DNA of 64,000 nucleotides from Selaginella moellendorffii (taxonomy: Eukaryota > Plantae > Lycopodiophyta), in the NCBI RefSeq assembly GCF_000143415.4, contig NW_003314311.1:1409133-1473132 (forward strand), given 5' to 3'. Under the pieces are notes generated by a model. That model worked only from the letters and a program-made list of their open reading frames with translations, ran no database searches and was not told the origin of the DNA. The position numbers were made by a program, and so were the translations under genes. Shown one piece after another: positions 1-10,285 of the stretch (the stretch's first letter is position 1; each line of letters opens with the position of its first letter).

Positions 1-2240
1 CGATCGGCCTTGTCGAACGAAGCTGGGAAGTCACTCCAGTCCCACTCTGCTGCAGGACCAATAACAAGGGCGAGTGTGAAGATGCGGACATTCGTCGGTA
101 TCTTCTTCTTAGCCATTATCCCATGGATCTCCCGCATCTCCTTGCCTTTCAACCGACCCTTCACCTCGTTCAAGGCCTTCCAGAACTTGTGATAGGATTT
201 GGAGTCATAGATCATATAGTGGACTGAAGATTCCACCTCCGCAAGTCCCACCATTAAGTCAATGATGGAGCTGACTTCGTCTGCATGAGTGATCTCCTTG
301 TTTGTGAAGTCCATCACACAAAAGATGTTCTTGACCTACTCATCTCCGCGGGAAACGATGCTCCTCCACCTTTGATCCTCATCCGAATTCACGTATACCC
401 GGTAAGGTTCTCGATAGGCCTCTGCTGCGGGGTCGAGCTGTTTCTGAAGCCAGCGGTTGACATCCCTCTTAATGAAATTTGGATACTGATCCAACTTCTC
501 AGCTTTACTTTTCGTGGCATCCCGCAGCAGATCGATGAACTTGGGGGCCCCCTTCACGTACTCGTCGATGTCTTCATTTGACAACTCCAGCTCTTCCATC
601 ATCTCTTATGTGGTGTCGATGCTCACCCTCTCCACGGCCACTTGCTCGAAGATCCAATCCTTCAATAGCGCACGAGCTCTCAGAGTCGTGCACAAGTCCT
701 CGTATGTCACAATATGGCCGGGAGTCATTTTGGTCTTGTTGAAGACTACCTCACCACGTAGAAGAGCATTAGCCACTGTCAGAAGGTCGTCGTCGTCTAG
801 AGACCGCGAGAAACGCAAGGCGTTGAGCTTGAAATCATTGGGCTTCCGGCCGTCCTCCACACCCATTGAGTTTAGCAACTCCCCGTCATGGTACCTCCTC
901 AGCACATCTACCCATTTGTCAAAAACAACTTTTGTCGCGAGTAGAATGTTATGGATGCTGAGTGTGTCATTGACCCCCAGTGTTTTCGAGAGAAGACTCG
1001 AGAATTCCTGCAATGGAAATGGCGTGAGGCCACATGCTATGCCACATGCAACGAGGCTTACCTGCCAGGCACTAGTTGCTAGTGCACGTCCTTGTCCTGG
1101 TTTTTGTGGCTTCTTCAGTTGAACCCAGAGCTTCCGTGTTCGTGCCAATGTCTCGTGCAGACCCGATTTGTAGCACGTTTCTTGCTTGACATTCTGCGCG
1201 TGGGAGATATATATGATAGATCAGAGGTGCGAGTTGCCTTTTATCAGGCGGACAACTCTTGTCTTGAAGACTTTCTTCACCTCCTCGCCCACCATAATAT
1301 CCACAACTATCTCTTGCATCGCCAAGCTAGAATGCTGCCCGGAGACGGCATAGAACCAGATGTTCTGATCGTCCAACACCTTCCTATTGATCAAGTCTGG
1401 AAACCTCGTCTCGCCCTTCATTGTTCGGTAGTAGGGGATCACGTCTGCGATGTCGGGTGTTACTGGACTTGCCAGCATCTTTTGCTTCAGTTTCTCCACC
1501 CACTCATCAGATACTAGCCTGTGGTTGTATTTGCTTTGGATGTCGATACGGCTCACGTCGATTGTATATACTTTGTTGGAATAGTAACAAGTACTATTAT
1601 CTGCGACGATTTTTGCTGCCTCTTCTTGCTCTTTCTGCTCTTTGCGGCTCTTCTTTTTGGTGGGTGTAGTGTTCGAACCCGAGGCAATGGCATCACCGAG
1701 TAGCTTCTTTTTTGGAGCAGCAGAGTCGGACGTCGGCTTGAGCTTGACCACCCTTTTTTGCTTCGGGGTAGTTTCCAGATCGACCCCCTTCCCCTTCGCT
1801 TCGCGAACTGGAGGCACTCTCAACGGCTCAATGTTGGAATATAGTTTTTGAACATCGCCGTAGGTGAGGTCCGTGGATTCCATATGATCTTCATAGACCC
1901 GCAGCGTCTTTGAAATTGTGGGCCTCCTGGACAACCTCTCCCTAGCTCCCTCTAGGAATTCCTCATAGCCGCTGCCCCCCTCCGGGAAGCCGCTAGGATG
2001 TGCAAAGTGGATCTTGAAGGCGGACGCTGTCTCTACCACAAGTGCCAGTCCATATTCTTGCATGGAACTGCATGGAGTGTCTGTCACTTGGATGAGGATC
2101 CCCATGCATTCTTTTCTCCCACCATCTGTGTTGTACAGCCTCAGATCCTCGCCTTCCATCCCGAAAGTCCAACTGGTGAGCTCCTCCCCCTTCTCTGCAT
2201 CCACATTGACAGTGGCTGGAAGAAGAACGCAATTCCTCGC
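1..2240 (-). pseudogene. ParB/Srx-like domain gene of the element, disrupted by 3 in-frame stops; runs off window start
   Basis: ORFs 1221-2261, 606-1148, 336-602 and the open frame 335->1 are one reading frame interrupted only by TGA (1221-1223), TAA (606-608) and TAG (336-338). Motif IDVSRI..YNHRLVSDEWVEKLKQKM...FYAVSGQHSSLA resembles a ParB/Srx N-terminal domain (GxH). Putative 54-nt in-frame intron 1008-1061; a splice acceptor at 2241 implies further exons upstream. Confidence 0.6.
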
Positions 2241-2629
2241 CTGTTCAGAAATGCACAACAATTAGAGCTGACAGATGAAAAGCTAGCAGCTGGAAATAAC
2301 GTGAGGCCAGACGCCATTCACCACTGCATCAAATGTCTTGAGGCTGCATCCTAAGATGGCGTGAGGCTACACGCCATCTGTAACCGGACTGCACTCGAGA
2401 GCCCAATCGGTGCATGCCAATGTTGCTACTGAATGGCATGTGGCCTCATGCCATTTTCTACTTGGCCTAAAAGACTTACCATTTGAAGCCGAATGGAGGC
2501 GTGACAATCGAGGCCGGACTCACTGGCGAATGTGCACTGTGTGTGCAGCGGATCGTAGCAGCAAGGCTACTCTGCCACTTAACAGTTGGAGAGTGGCGCT
2601 GAAATCTCCCGGGACGCCAAGTGGGCTGC

Positions 2630-2860
2630 GTGTGGGTGGCGGAGTGGGTGGCGGAGTGGGCGGTGGAGTTGGCGGCAAAGTTACCAAACTAGGTGTGTCT
2701 TGAAGTGGACGCCAATGCACACGAGCGCGATGCGAGCGCGAGTGTGATGCAAGCGCGAGTGGACGCCGATGCACACGAGAAACCTGTAGAGAAGGTAGAT
2801 GAGCGCGAATGTGAGTGTGAACGCGAGTGGGAGCGCGATGCGAGCGCGAGCGCGAGTACG
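2630..2860. repeat. GC/CpG-rich low-complexity repeats (GGTGGCGGAGTG; GAGCGCGATGCGAGCGCGAG)
   Basis: Short tandem units visible directly; lies just 5' of the minus-strand gene. Confidence 0.7.
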
Positions 2861-3399
2861 AAGCAAAATGCAAAACCTAACCTCACACGCGTGAAATGTC
2901 ACAACGGTTGGTAATCTCGCCACGTCATCATTCCTCAGACTTGGGCGCCACCATTAATTTCTGGATTGCCGCGCGCATGCAAACACGCAAAATCCAAAAG
3001 AAATCCGCAACGTCATCATTCCTCGGACTGTATGCACGCGAAATCCAAAAGAAAGATCATGATTGGGATATATTAAATAATACCCTCGCTATATTTATAC
3101 CATGCATGATTGGATATTCCAAAGCATCTTGTATTTCCAAAAATGGCAGATGTTCAGCTAAATAAAGAAATTCTATCTGTTTCTATTTTTCTCTCAAATC
3201 AATATTATAGTGTGTGGGCTCATGCAATTTTGAACCAAAGAAACCCAAAAAACGTTGGACCCAAAATATTTTGAAAAAACCCAAAAAACCCTAAACATTT
3301 TAAACCCAAAAATCCAGGCGTCCTGTGTCGTTATTCCTTGAATGGCGTGTGGGCGCATGCCATTTTCAGGGCCAAATGCTGAATGGAGAAAAATTCCCT

Positions 3400-4525
3400 T
3401 TCAGTGCAAATGCTGCAAGAGGCAAATGCCGAGCACAAAGGACTGTAACTACCTCACATGACACAGATAAACTTTTCTCTATTTGGCAAAGATAAACTTT
3501 ATAGCGTGTGGGCTCATGCAATTTTGAACCCAAAAAATGCACCAAAAAATTCTCGGCGTCATCTGGCGTTATCTCTTGAATGGCGTGGGGCCGCATGCCA
3601 TTTTCAGGGTCACATAGGAGTATATTCCTAGGATATTCTGACACGCGCGAGATTTTTTTGAGTTTTCTGGAGATCCAACCGTTAGATCACAACTAGATTT
3701 TACAGAATGGTATACAATGTCTTTCTTGATGACCCTGCAAAGAAGCATCTTGATCGGACACCACATGAGACCACACGAGCCTTACAATGTTTCAGGGGCA
3801 TTTGCCATAGATCCGACCGTTATTTTGCTCCAAGATTTTACAGTTTGGTGTGCATTGACCTTTCCATCGACACTGCAAAGGGACATCACAATCAGATGTG
3901 GGATCACAAGAAACTAACTTCACTAACTCTGGTTTCACCAAGATTTACATAAAGAGTTATGAAATGAAAGGACCCTCTCTATTGAAATGTGTTTATGGTC
4001 CTAGGGGCATTGTGACATATCAAAGGATTTTGCATCAAGTTCTGTATTTGCATGTTTATCAAGCTACTAAATTGTTAAACCCTAAACCCTAAACATGTGG
4101 CAAATGCTGCGTGAAGAAAGATGCCCTTTCTGGGCAAATGCTGTAAGAGGCAGATGCCGAGCAGATGTATCTCAGGCTAGCGAAGGGGACAAACGAAAGC
4201 TAGCTATAAACATGACGGGATGCAAATAGATTACTAGGCTGGTCCTGCGAAAATCAAAAACCATAATTGAAAACATTGAAAATGCAAAAAGAAAGGTTTA
4301 TAATATTTTTGAATTTTAAGCAACCAAAGGAATGTAAGTAGGGCATGTGTTTGTAAGTTTAAAAATGCCTCAACCACTTAAATTCCCAAGTAAATAAAGC
4401 TGTTTCTATTTTTGGTACAGGTAAACTTTATAGCGTGTGGGCTCATGCAATTTTGAACCCAAAAATGCACCAAAAAATGCTCGACTAGCATTATTCTTTG
4501 AATGGCGTGTGGCCTTATATTGCCA
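3400..4525. repeat. Internal direct repeats of the element (3493-3600 ~ 4422-4520; 3407-3435 ~ 4135-4163)
   Basis: taaactttatagcgtgtgggctcatgcaattttgaacccaaaaa.tgcaccaaaaaat occurs twice, with a shorter copy at ~3206. caaatgctg.aagaggca.atgccgagca also occurs twice. Confidence 0.8.
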
Positions 4526-4894
4526 TAAATGGACGTACACACATAGCATAATTATTCCTTTACACGGCGAATAATCTTGGCGCGGATCGCTGACATGGCA
4601 TGGCAAAGTTCGAATCACTGACATGGCACAGCTTGATCGAGGCAAGGACATGATGTGACAAAGTTCAACCTCCGACAGCAAAGTCTAGAAGCTACTCAGT
4701 TTGAAATTTGTCAGAGGAGTCATAAGATCTGGTTTGTCAGAGGATTTGATGTGACGTTCAAGCGTGTGTTATTTTTGAATTCTCGAACTCATTCCTAGGT
4801 CTATCATTTTTGTGCGCCGTGTTCTTGGTTCCGCTGAGCGCAGTGAGCGCTGCTTGTGTAAGCGGCGTTGTGAGCTGTGGTTTATGCGTCTACG

Positions 4895-5025
4895 AGCGAT
4901 TGCGGCATTGCGAGCGCCATTGCGAGCGGCAGTTTATGCGAGTGGCAGTTTGTGCGAGCGGCGCTACGAGCAGTTGCGGTGTTGCGAGCGGCGCTACGAG
5001 TAGTTGCGGTGTTGCGAGCGGCACT
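4895..5025 (+). repeat. CpG-rich tandem repeat (about 30-bp unit tgcgagcggcgctacgag.agttgcggtgt)
   Basis: 2-3 near-identical units; lies upstream of the transposase, probably a 5' exon or promoter. Confidence 0.75.
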
Positions 5026-5213
5026 GTCTTTGGTGTGGCTACCGCTTCCTCTTGATATTCGGCACTTGTGCTTCCTGGTATGTTCACCATGGAATGGCTT
5101 AGGACCACATTTAGAAATGGCATGAAGCCACATGCCATCTTGGGCCCTTGCAATTTCATGGCTAGCGTATTGTCATGTATGTTTTTACTTGCCTGCAGCT
5201 GTGTGTATATCAA

Positions 5214-5435
5214 GATGGCATGAGGCCTCATGCCATCTTTGGCCCCTGCTAGCCTATTGCCATATTCCTTTTGAACTATATATATTTTTGTATGGGTGAC
5301 TAGTCACGCACACAAAAATATATACAATTGCAGCAAGGCAAAAGGAATATAGCAACAGGCTAGCAGGGGCCAAAGATAGCGTGAGGCCTCATGCCATTAG
5401 TGGTACCACTAATGGCATGAGGGCTCATGCCAATT
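5214..5435. repeat. Long inverted repeat (about 185 bp, centre GTGACTAGTCAC 5296-5307) plus an overlapping hairpin centred on GGTACC 5402-5407
   Basis: Arm 5214-5301 is complementary to 5302-5398 (ctttggcccctgctagcct / aggctagcaggggccaaag). ctcatgccattagtggtaccactaatggcatgag is a perfect palindrome. Confidence 0.9.
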
Positions 5436-5585
5436 TTGTGAATGCGAAATTTCACGTGGGTGTCAATAGCATGTTTGAATAATGGCATGTGGCCTCATGC
5501 TATTGAGGTTGTTTGGTATGTTATGATTTAGGCCATTCTCCAATCATTTTTTGTATGGTCTTAACTTCTTTTCTGCACTTTCAGA

Positions 5586-8500
5586 ATGGCCTTCAGGGTT
5601 GGGGAAAAGGTTTACATTTTGAATGGTGGGAAGAGAGTTGCAAAAGGGACCCTTGTGTCTATGGATCGGAACTTTGTTATACACTGTCAAAGGCTTGGGG
5701 AAAGCAATGCTGCTGTATCAGTAGAGACTGTCTTCGATGGGAATGTGGTCGCTATTGAACAAGGAGAGATGGTCGTCGGGGTAAATGTTGTTGTTGCCTT
5801 GAAAAATCTTCAGAAGAAAACAGATGTTGGGGACAGCGCAAGTGCGACGCATGTTCCCTCCGTGGATCTTAAGAACCGTGCTACATGGATTCAGGCGAAG
5901 GTGTTTCTAAACAACCCCGAGGGGGAGGTGGTAGCTGAGGGCTTAGCCACAGTTGTCGATCCAAGAGATGCGGTTGCTAATCAAGAATTGGGCTGGGATG
6001 ATATTGGAGTTGTGATTTTAGAGGTTGTTTACACAGAAGAAAACAGTCTGACTATTAGAAGCATTGTGCGGTGGAAATTGAGGCACTTAGTGTTTGAGAA
6101 TGTGAAGGATTCACAATCAAACACCACTACAACTGATGACAGAACATCTCTTCATGGGAAAAGAAAGTACACCTTCCTAAAGCGCAGCCAAAGGGATCTA
6201 AGCAACGAACCGAAAAGGCAGAAAATGGCGATGGAGGTTCGAATGGTCTCGACAGTTGCTTGTTGCAAGAGGAGGTGCTGTCAACATGCTGATTGGGATG
6301 CTATTGAAGAGGAGAGAGCAAGATACAAGACATTGTCCTGGAAGGCAGCTCGCAATTTTGTGTATGAGGCATTACGGTCATCTGTTGATGCTTCAGAACA
6401 TCAGGTGGGGGGCATGGTCTTCCAGAGGGGTTTGGTCTGCATGAAGGCATGGAGAATCATTTATGGAGTCCTTCGACCCACATTCTACAGAATCAAAACT
6501 AAGTTCGAGGAACAAAGGGTTCAACAGGCAGTCCATGGGAACGACGGTACGCACAAAACCAGGGGTCATGTTGTATATGGAGAGGCAATCTTCAAGAGGT
6601 TTGTCGAGACATGTAGCGAGCAGCAACCACATAAAACCCGCCTCTTGGAAGATGGAACACGAGACACCCAACGAGTTCTCCCTTCCATGTATACCAAGGG
6701 GGCCATATTGGAAGATGTGAATCGGGAACTCCAGAGTAATGGCTATAGGAAGCTGAGCCAATCTAGATTTAGTAGATTGTGGAGCAACAGGTTCAGGGAT
6801 GTGAGTATAGGAAAGTACTCCAGCTTTTCAAAGTGTGACGAGTGCACTGCTATCAAAATGGCTTTGTCGAAGAATTCTTGCAGCGCTCAAGAGCGAGAGA
6901 CGTTGGTTAGAAGGCGGCTCGACCACAACATCGAGCAGAGAAGCTGCAGGATTGCATATTATCATAACAAGATTCTCTCCATGGAGAGACCTGACTCTTA
7001 CCTCTGCATCATCCACGACAAAATGGACCAGAAAAAGACGTGCTTACCTCAACTCAATCCTACCCCCAAGGCAATCTCTTCATCCATGCAGCTGCCTGTG
7101 TCTCTGTTTGGCATAATCGCTCATGGGCATGGTGCCCAGAACTATGGGAACTTCTTTGTACCTCTATGGGGTGGCGGGGGTGCAAACATGATGATTGCGT
7201 CCCTAGCAAAACACTTAAGGTCTCTGCAAAGTGCGCAGACTGAGCTAAACGGCCAACCCTTGCATAAAGCCCTTGTCGATCGAACCCCATACAGGGTTCA
7301 GCTGGAGGAGGAGCAAAGGCTTGCAGTATCGTGTGGGGCCCCATGCCATCCCAGTGAATATGTTGGCCGTCAGATTGTAGGGTTATCACGTGAGGCCTCA
7401 TGCCATTCCGACGAGGCTGGTCGCCCGGTGAATGCACAGCCTCATCCAAACGAAGCAGAATCTCAAGGAAGTTCTTGCGGCCGATGTGGCCTTCCACCCC
7501 ATCTTCTGCTCCAAACAGACAATGCTGGCAGTAAGAACAAAAACATGTACGTCTTCGCGTGCTTGGCGATGCTTGTTGCCAAAGGCATATTTGAAATGGT
7601 TACACTTGGCTTTCTCATGGTTGGGCACACTCATGAAGACGTCGATGCCATGTTCAGTCACTTGGCAGAGTCCCTCCGGCGATCCAATGTCCTCACCCTC
7701 CCACAACTCTACGATGAATTCCAAAATTGTATCAAAGGCACTGTTGAAGCTGCACTTCTGACAGAGGTTCCAGACTTTAAGGGGTTTGTAAGAGGCTACA
7801 TCAGGGACGGATCCGAAACGCTGATTGGCCACTCCAAGCCTCTTCAGTTTCATTTCAGCATGTGTGACAGTGCTCCAGTGATGAGGTACAAGATGAGAGA
7901 ATGGGACACAGTGTGGTTGCCAGTGGACGGCATTGAACTCTTCAAGAGAGATCCCATAACTGGGGAACCTATGATTCCTCGGGGTTCCCCACGGCCGATG
8001 CACCCGGATGGACTCAAAGACCAGGAAAGTATAGTGGCCGGGATTAGACAGCATATTGCCTTCTGGAAGAGGGGGTTGGTGTTTGGTGGAGAATCTTATT
8101 TTCAGAGGTGCAAGCCTTTGCTTGAATACTGGGAGAAGATTATATCTGCTATCCAAAATGGGCCGGTTGTATATGAAGAATTGGAAGAGTCCTTTTGGCC
8201 AGAACCCAGAGCACCAGATAGTAGCGGAACAATGTCCTCTGGAAATGCAGTGACAGATAACGATGTTGAGGATCACTATTGTGGGCCGAGGAACAAGAAG
8301 CCGGATTCAGCATTCAATCCAATACAGGTCTGCAAAGGAATGGTCATGCTTGTCAGACCCAGTAATAAAAAACAAATGATATGGGTGGGGCGCTGCATCA
8401 CTGATGCAGAGGAGGACGCGGAAACTAACTCCTTCAATGTAACTGTGGAGTGGTTCAAGCCAAGTTCCGGATATACGAAGGATTGCCTAGAAAAGAGATG

Positions 8501-8654
8501 GGTGCTGAATCCAAGGGATCCCAGTATGAGCATATCGGTGGATAATGTTGTGCATGGTTGGATGCGGAAGCAGAGTGCCACCATCACCTTGCCAGACCAT
8601 GCAAGAGATGCAGCAAGAGCATTCATAACCCAGGTTCAAGGTGAGATTCATTAA
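5586..8654 (+). CDS. Putative DDE transposase, Sola/DUF7869-like, 1022 aa
   Basis: Uninterrupted ORF with FSKCDEC, IIHDKMDQKK, LQTDNAGSKNKN and FLMVGHTHEDVDAMFS motifs typical of this RNase-H-fold family. Two N-terminal VAxG...LG...V repeats resemble the TNP1/En-Spm-associated domain. A splice acceptor (tttcag) sits just before the ATG, and a possible donor near the 3' end (aag|gtgaga ~8641). Confidence 0.75.
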   Translation: MAFRVGEKVYILNGGKRVAKGTLVSMDRNFVIHCQRLGESNAAVSVETVFDGNVVAIEQGEMVVGVNVVVALKNLQKKTDVGDSASATHVPSVDLKNRATWIQAKVFLNNPEGEVVAEGLATVVDPRDAVANQELGWDDIGVVILEVVYTEENSLTIRSIVRWKLRHLVFENVKDSQSNTTTTDDRTSLHGKRKYTFLKRSQRDLSNEPKRQKMAMEVRMVSTVACCKRRCCQHADWDAIEEERARYKTLSWKAARNFVYEALRSSVDASEHQVGGMVFQRGLVCMKAWRIIYGVLRPTFYRIKTKFEEQRVQQAVHGNDGTHKTRGHVVYGEAIFKRFVETCSEQQPHKTRLLEDGTRDTQRVLPSMYTKGAILEDVNRELQSNGYRKLSQSRFSRLWSNRFRDVSIGKYSSFSKCDECTAIKMALSKNSCSAQERETLVRRRLDHNIEQRSCRIAYYHNKILSMERPDSYLCIIHDKMDQKKTCLPQLNPTPKAISSSMQLPVSLFGIIAHGHGAQNYGNFFVPLWGGGGANMMIASLAKHLRSLQSAQTELNGQPLHKALVDRTPYRVQLEEEQRLAVSCGAPCHPSEYVGRQIVGLSREASCHSDEAGRPVNAQPHPNEAESQGSSCGRCGLPPHLLLQTDNAGSKNKNMYVFACLAMLVAKGIFEMVTLGFLMVGHTHEDVDAMFSHLAESLRRSNVLTLPQLYDEFQNCIKGTVEAALLTEVPDFKGFVRGYIRDGSETLIGHSKPLQFHFSMCDSAPVMRYKMREWDTVWLPVDGIELFKRDPITGEPMIPRGSPRPMHPDGLKDQESIVAGIRQHIAFWKRGLVFGGESYFQRCKPLLEYWEKIISAIQNGPVVYEELEESFWPEPRAPDSSGTMSSGNAVTDNDVEDHYCGPRNKKPDSAFNPIQVCKGMVMLVRPSNKKQMIWVGRCITDAEEDAETNSFNVTVEWFKPSSGYTKDCLEKRWVLNPRDPSMSISVDNVVHGWMRKQSATITLPDHARDAARAFITQVQGEIH

Positions 8655-10285
8655 TATTCCTTTACTAAGTTTCTAATGTATTTTATTTCAAGGTGAACAA
8701 TCCGAATCTGAATCAGAGGAGGCGTGATGGCATGTGGCCTTACGCCATTCTTAGGTGAGATGATACAAATAACAAGTATAAATTCTTAGTTGTTCTAGCA
8801 AATCTTACTTAAAGTTTAAGGTGAACAAGCCGAATATGAATTCATCCGATTGTTATAACAAATTGCGAGGTGATGGCATGAGGTGATACGCCATTTGAGA
8901 GTGGTAGCCATTCCTATATGAGGTGAGTGAAATATTTATTAGAAATACCTCATTCAATTGTGCACTTCTAAGTCTTGGTCCACTCAGTACTGTTTGCATG
9001 TTTTTATTTTAATTCTTTCTCTAAAATGTTATTTAGCATATGGCTTCATGCCATTGCTCTCCACAATCATGCATTGAATTTTTCTATTCTTGCATAATAC
9101 TTCTCCATATATATAGCATGTGCGCACATGTGATATGGTTCATTAAGCCTGATATAGTGTGTGAGGTAAAACAAAGATGATGTGACATATGCATTTACCA
9201 ATCACACGTGCATAAATCTAATAATATGGCGTGTGGCCCATATTAATGGCACATAAACCCATATTGTGGGCTTACGTGCTTTATGTACCATCATTCCCTT
9301 GCAGCGTGTGTGTTGGTTTCCTTTTATAACACAACGAACTCCATATTTTAGGGTGAAGAGTGTTCTCATGGCAAGCACAAAATCTGTAAGTGAGGCAGAA
9401 AAGGAGACGGAGAAGGAGATAGGTGAAGATGTAGAATATATAAGTCTTCCAAACTCCCCATACTATACTCCAAGTGATCATTTTTCTGAACAAATGGCAA
9501 CATTAACAACTATCGAGAACGCCCCAGTAATGTCAGAGACAACAATCCAAAGCAAACCAACTGACCCGGAGAAGGATAATAGTACCGCTGAGAGTACCAA
9601 AAAGGAGGTGTCCACTAGCGCTTAGGCTTATAATGGCGTGTGCCCTCATGCCATTTACTTGATCACCAAATACCTTTTTCCCTTTGCACTAGTATATCTT
9701 AATACCGGTCTAAGAAATAGAATGGCATGTGCCCTCAGGCCTTTTACTAAATCACCTTTGAAAGAAATGCAAGCCTCTATGTCGTAAAAAAAAGGTACTA
9801 GAGAAATTCCTTAATAATATGAATGTTATTTAGTTTCATGAAAATACACTAAGGGTCAAATGAGTTAAATGACTTCTCCAGACTAGCAATGCCTCTTGCT
9901 ACACCTTCACAATTAGATTCGTTAGAAAAAGATAACATTGAATAATATCTAAATGTTCTCACCATTAAATTATATGTCTAGCTAATAGGAATGACGTTCA
10001 TCTTGGAAAGCTCACCACACGCTCAATGAACAAACAAATAGTGTGTGCGCGCATGCCATCGCTCTTCTTTAGCTTCAGATTCGGCTTGTTCACCTTGACA
10101 ATGAGATTTATTATACAACCAGATGGACACAGTCTGGACATAAAGTCACCGCGCTAGTCACCATGCCCCAGATATGTCTAGCCCCTGGACAAAAAACATA
10201 TAATTTCACGTCATTTTCAAATACTTGAAAATTTGTACCTAGTCCCATTTTACTGAATAAATCCCACTTTAACGAAATAGAGCTT

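Larger units (their letters stand above)
1018..10060. repeat. Dispersed 22-24-bp palindrome family, consensus AATGGCRTGWGGCCWCATGCCATT (about 25 copies)
   Basis: Copies begin near 1018, 2295, 2355, 2432, 3206, 3341, 3500, 3579, 4429, 4501, 5116, 5214, 5375, 5411, 5481, 7326, 7385, 8726, 8872, 9033, 9112, 9226, 9631, 9721 and 10037. Confidence 0.9.
1..10285. mobile_element. Large DNA-transposon-like element (Sola/DUF7869-like transposase plus divergent ParB-like gene); left end outside window
   Basis: Contains the transposase ORF, the divergent gene and about 25 copies of a palindrome that stop at ~10060. At ~10286 the sequence switches abruptly into the middle of an LTR-element internal region (atctggcaatcatt; compare 33964 and the reverse complement at ~62221-62234). 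TIR/TSD cannot be checked because the other end is missing. Confidence 0.65.

Noticed and set aside
4077-4094. Interstitial telomere
   Set aside because: Only about 2 units of CCCTAAA; better treated as a telo-box or chance match.
9266-9625. Third gene in the DNA element
   Set aside because: Short low-complexity ORF with no recognisable domain; cannot be supported.
1018-10060. CRISPR-like interpretation of the palindromic repeats
   Set aside because: Spacing is irregular (tens to more than 1800 bp), copies lie in introns and coding DNA, and there are no cas genes.
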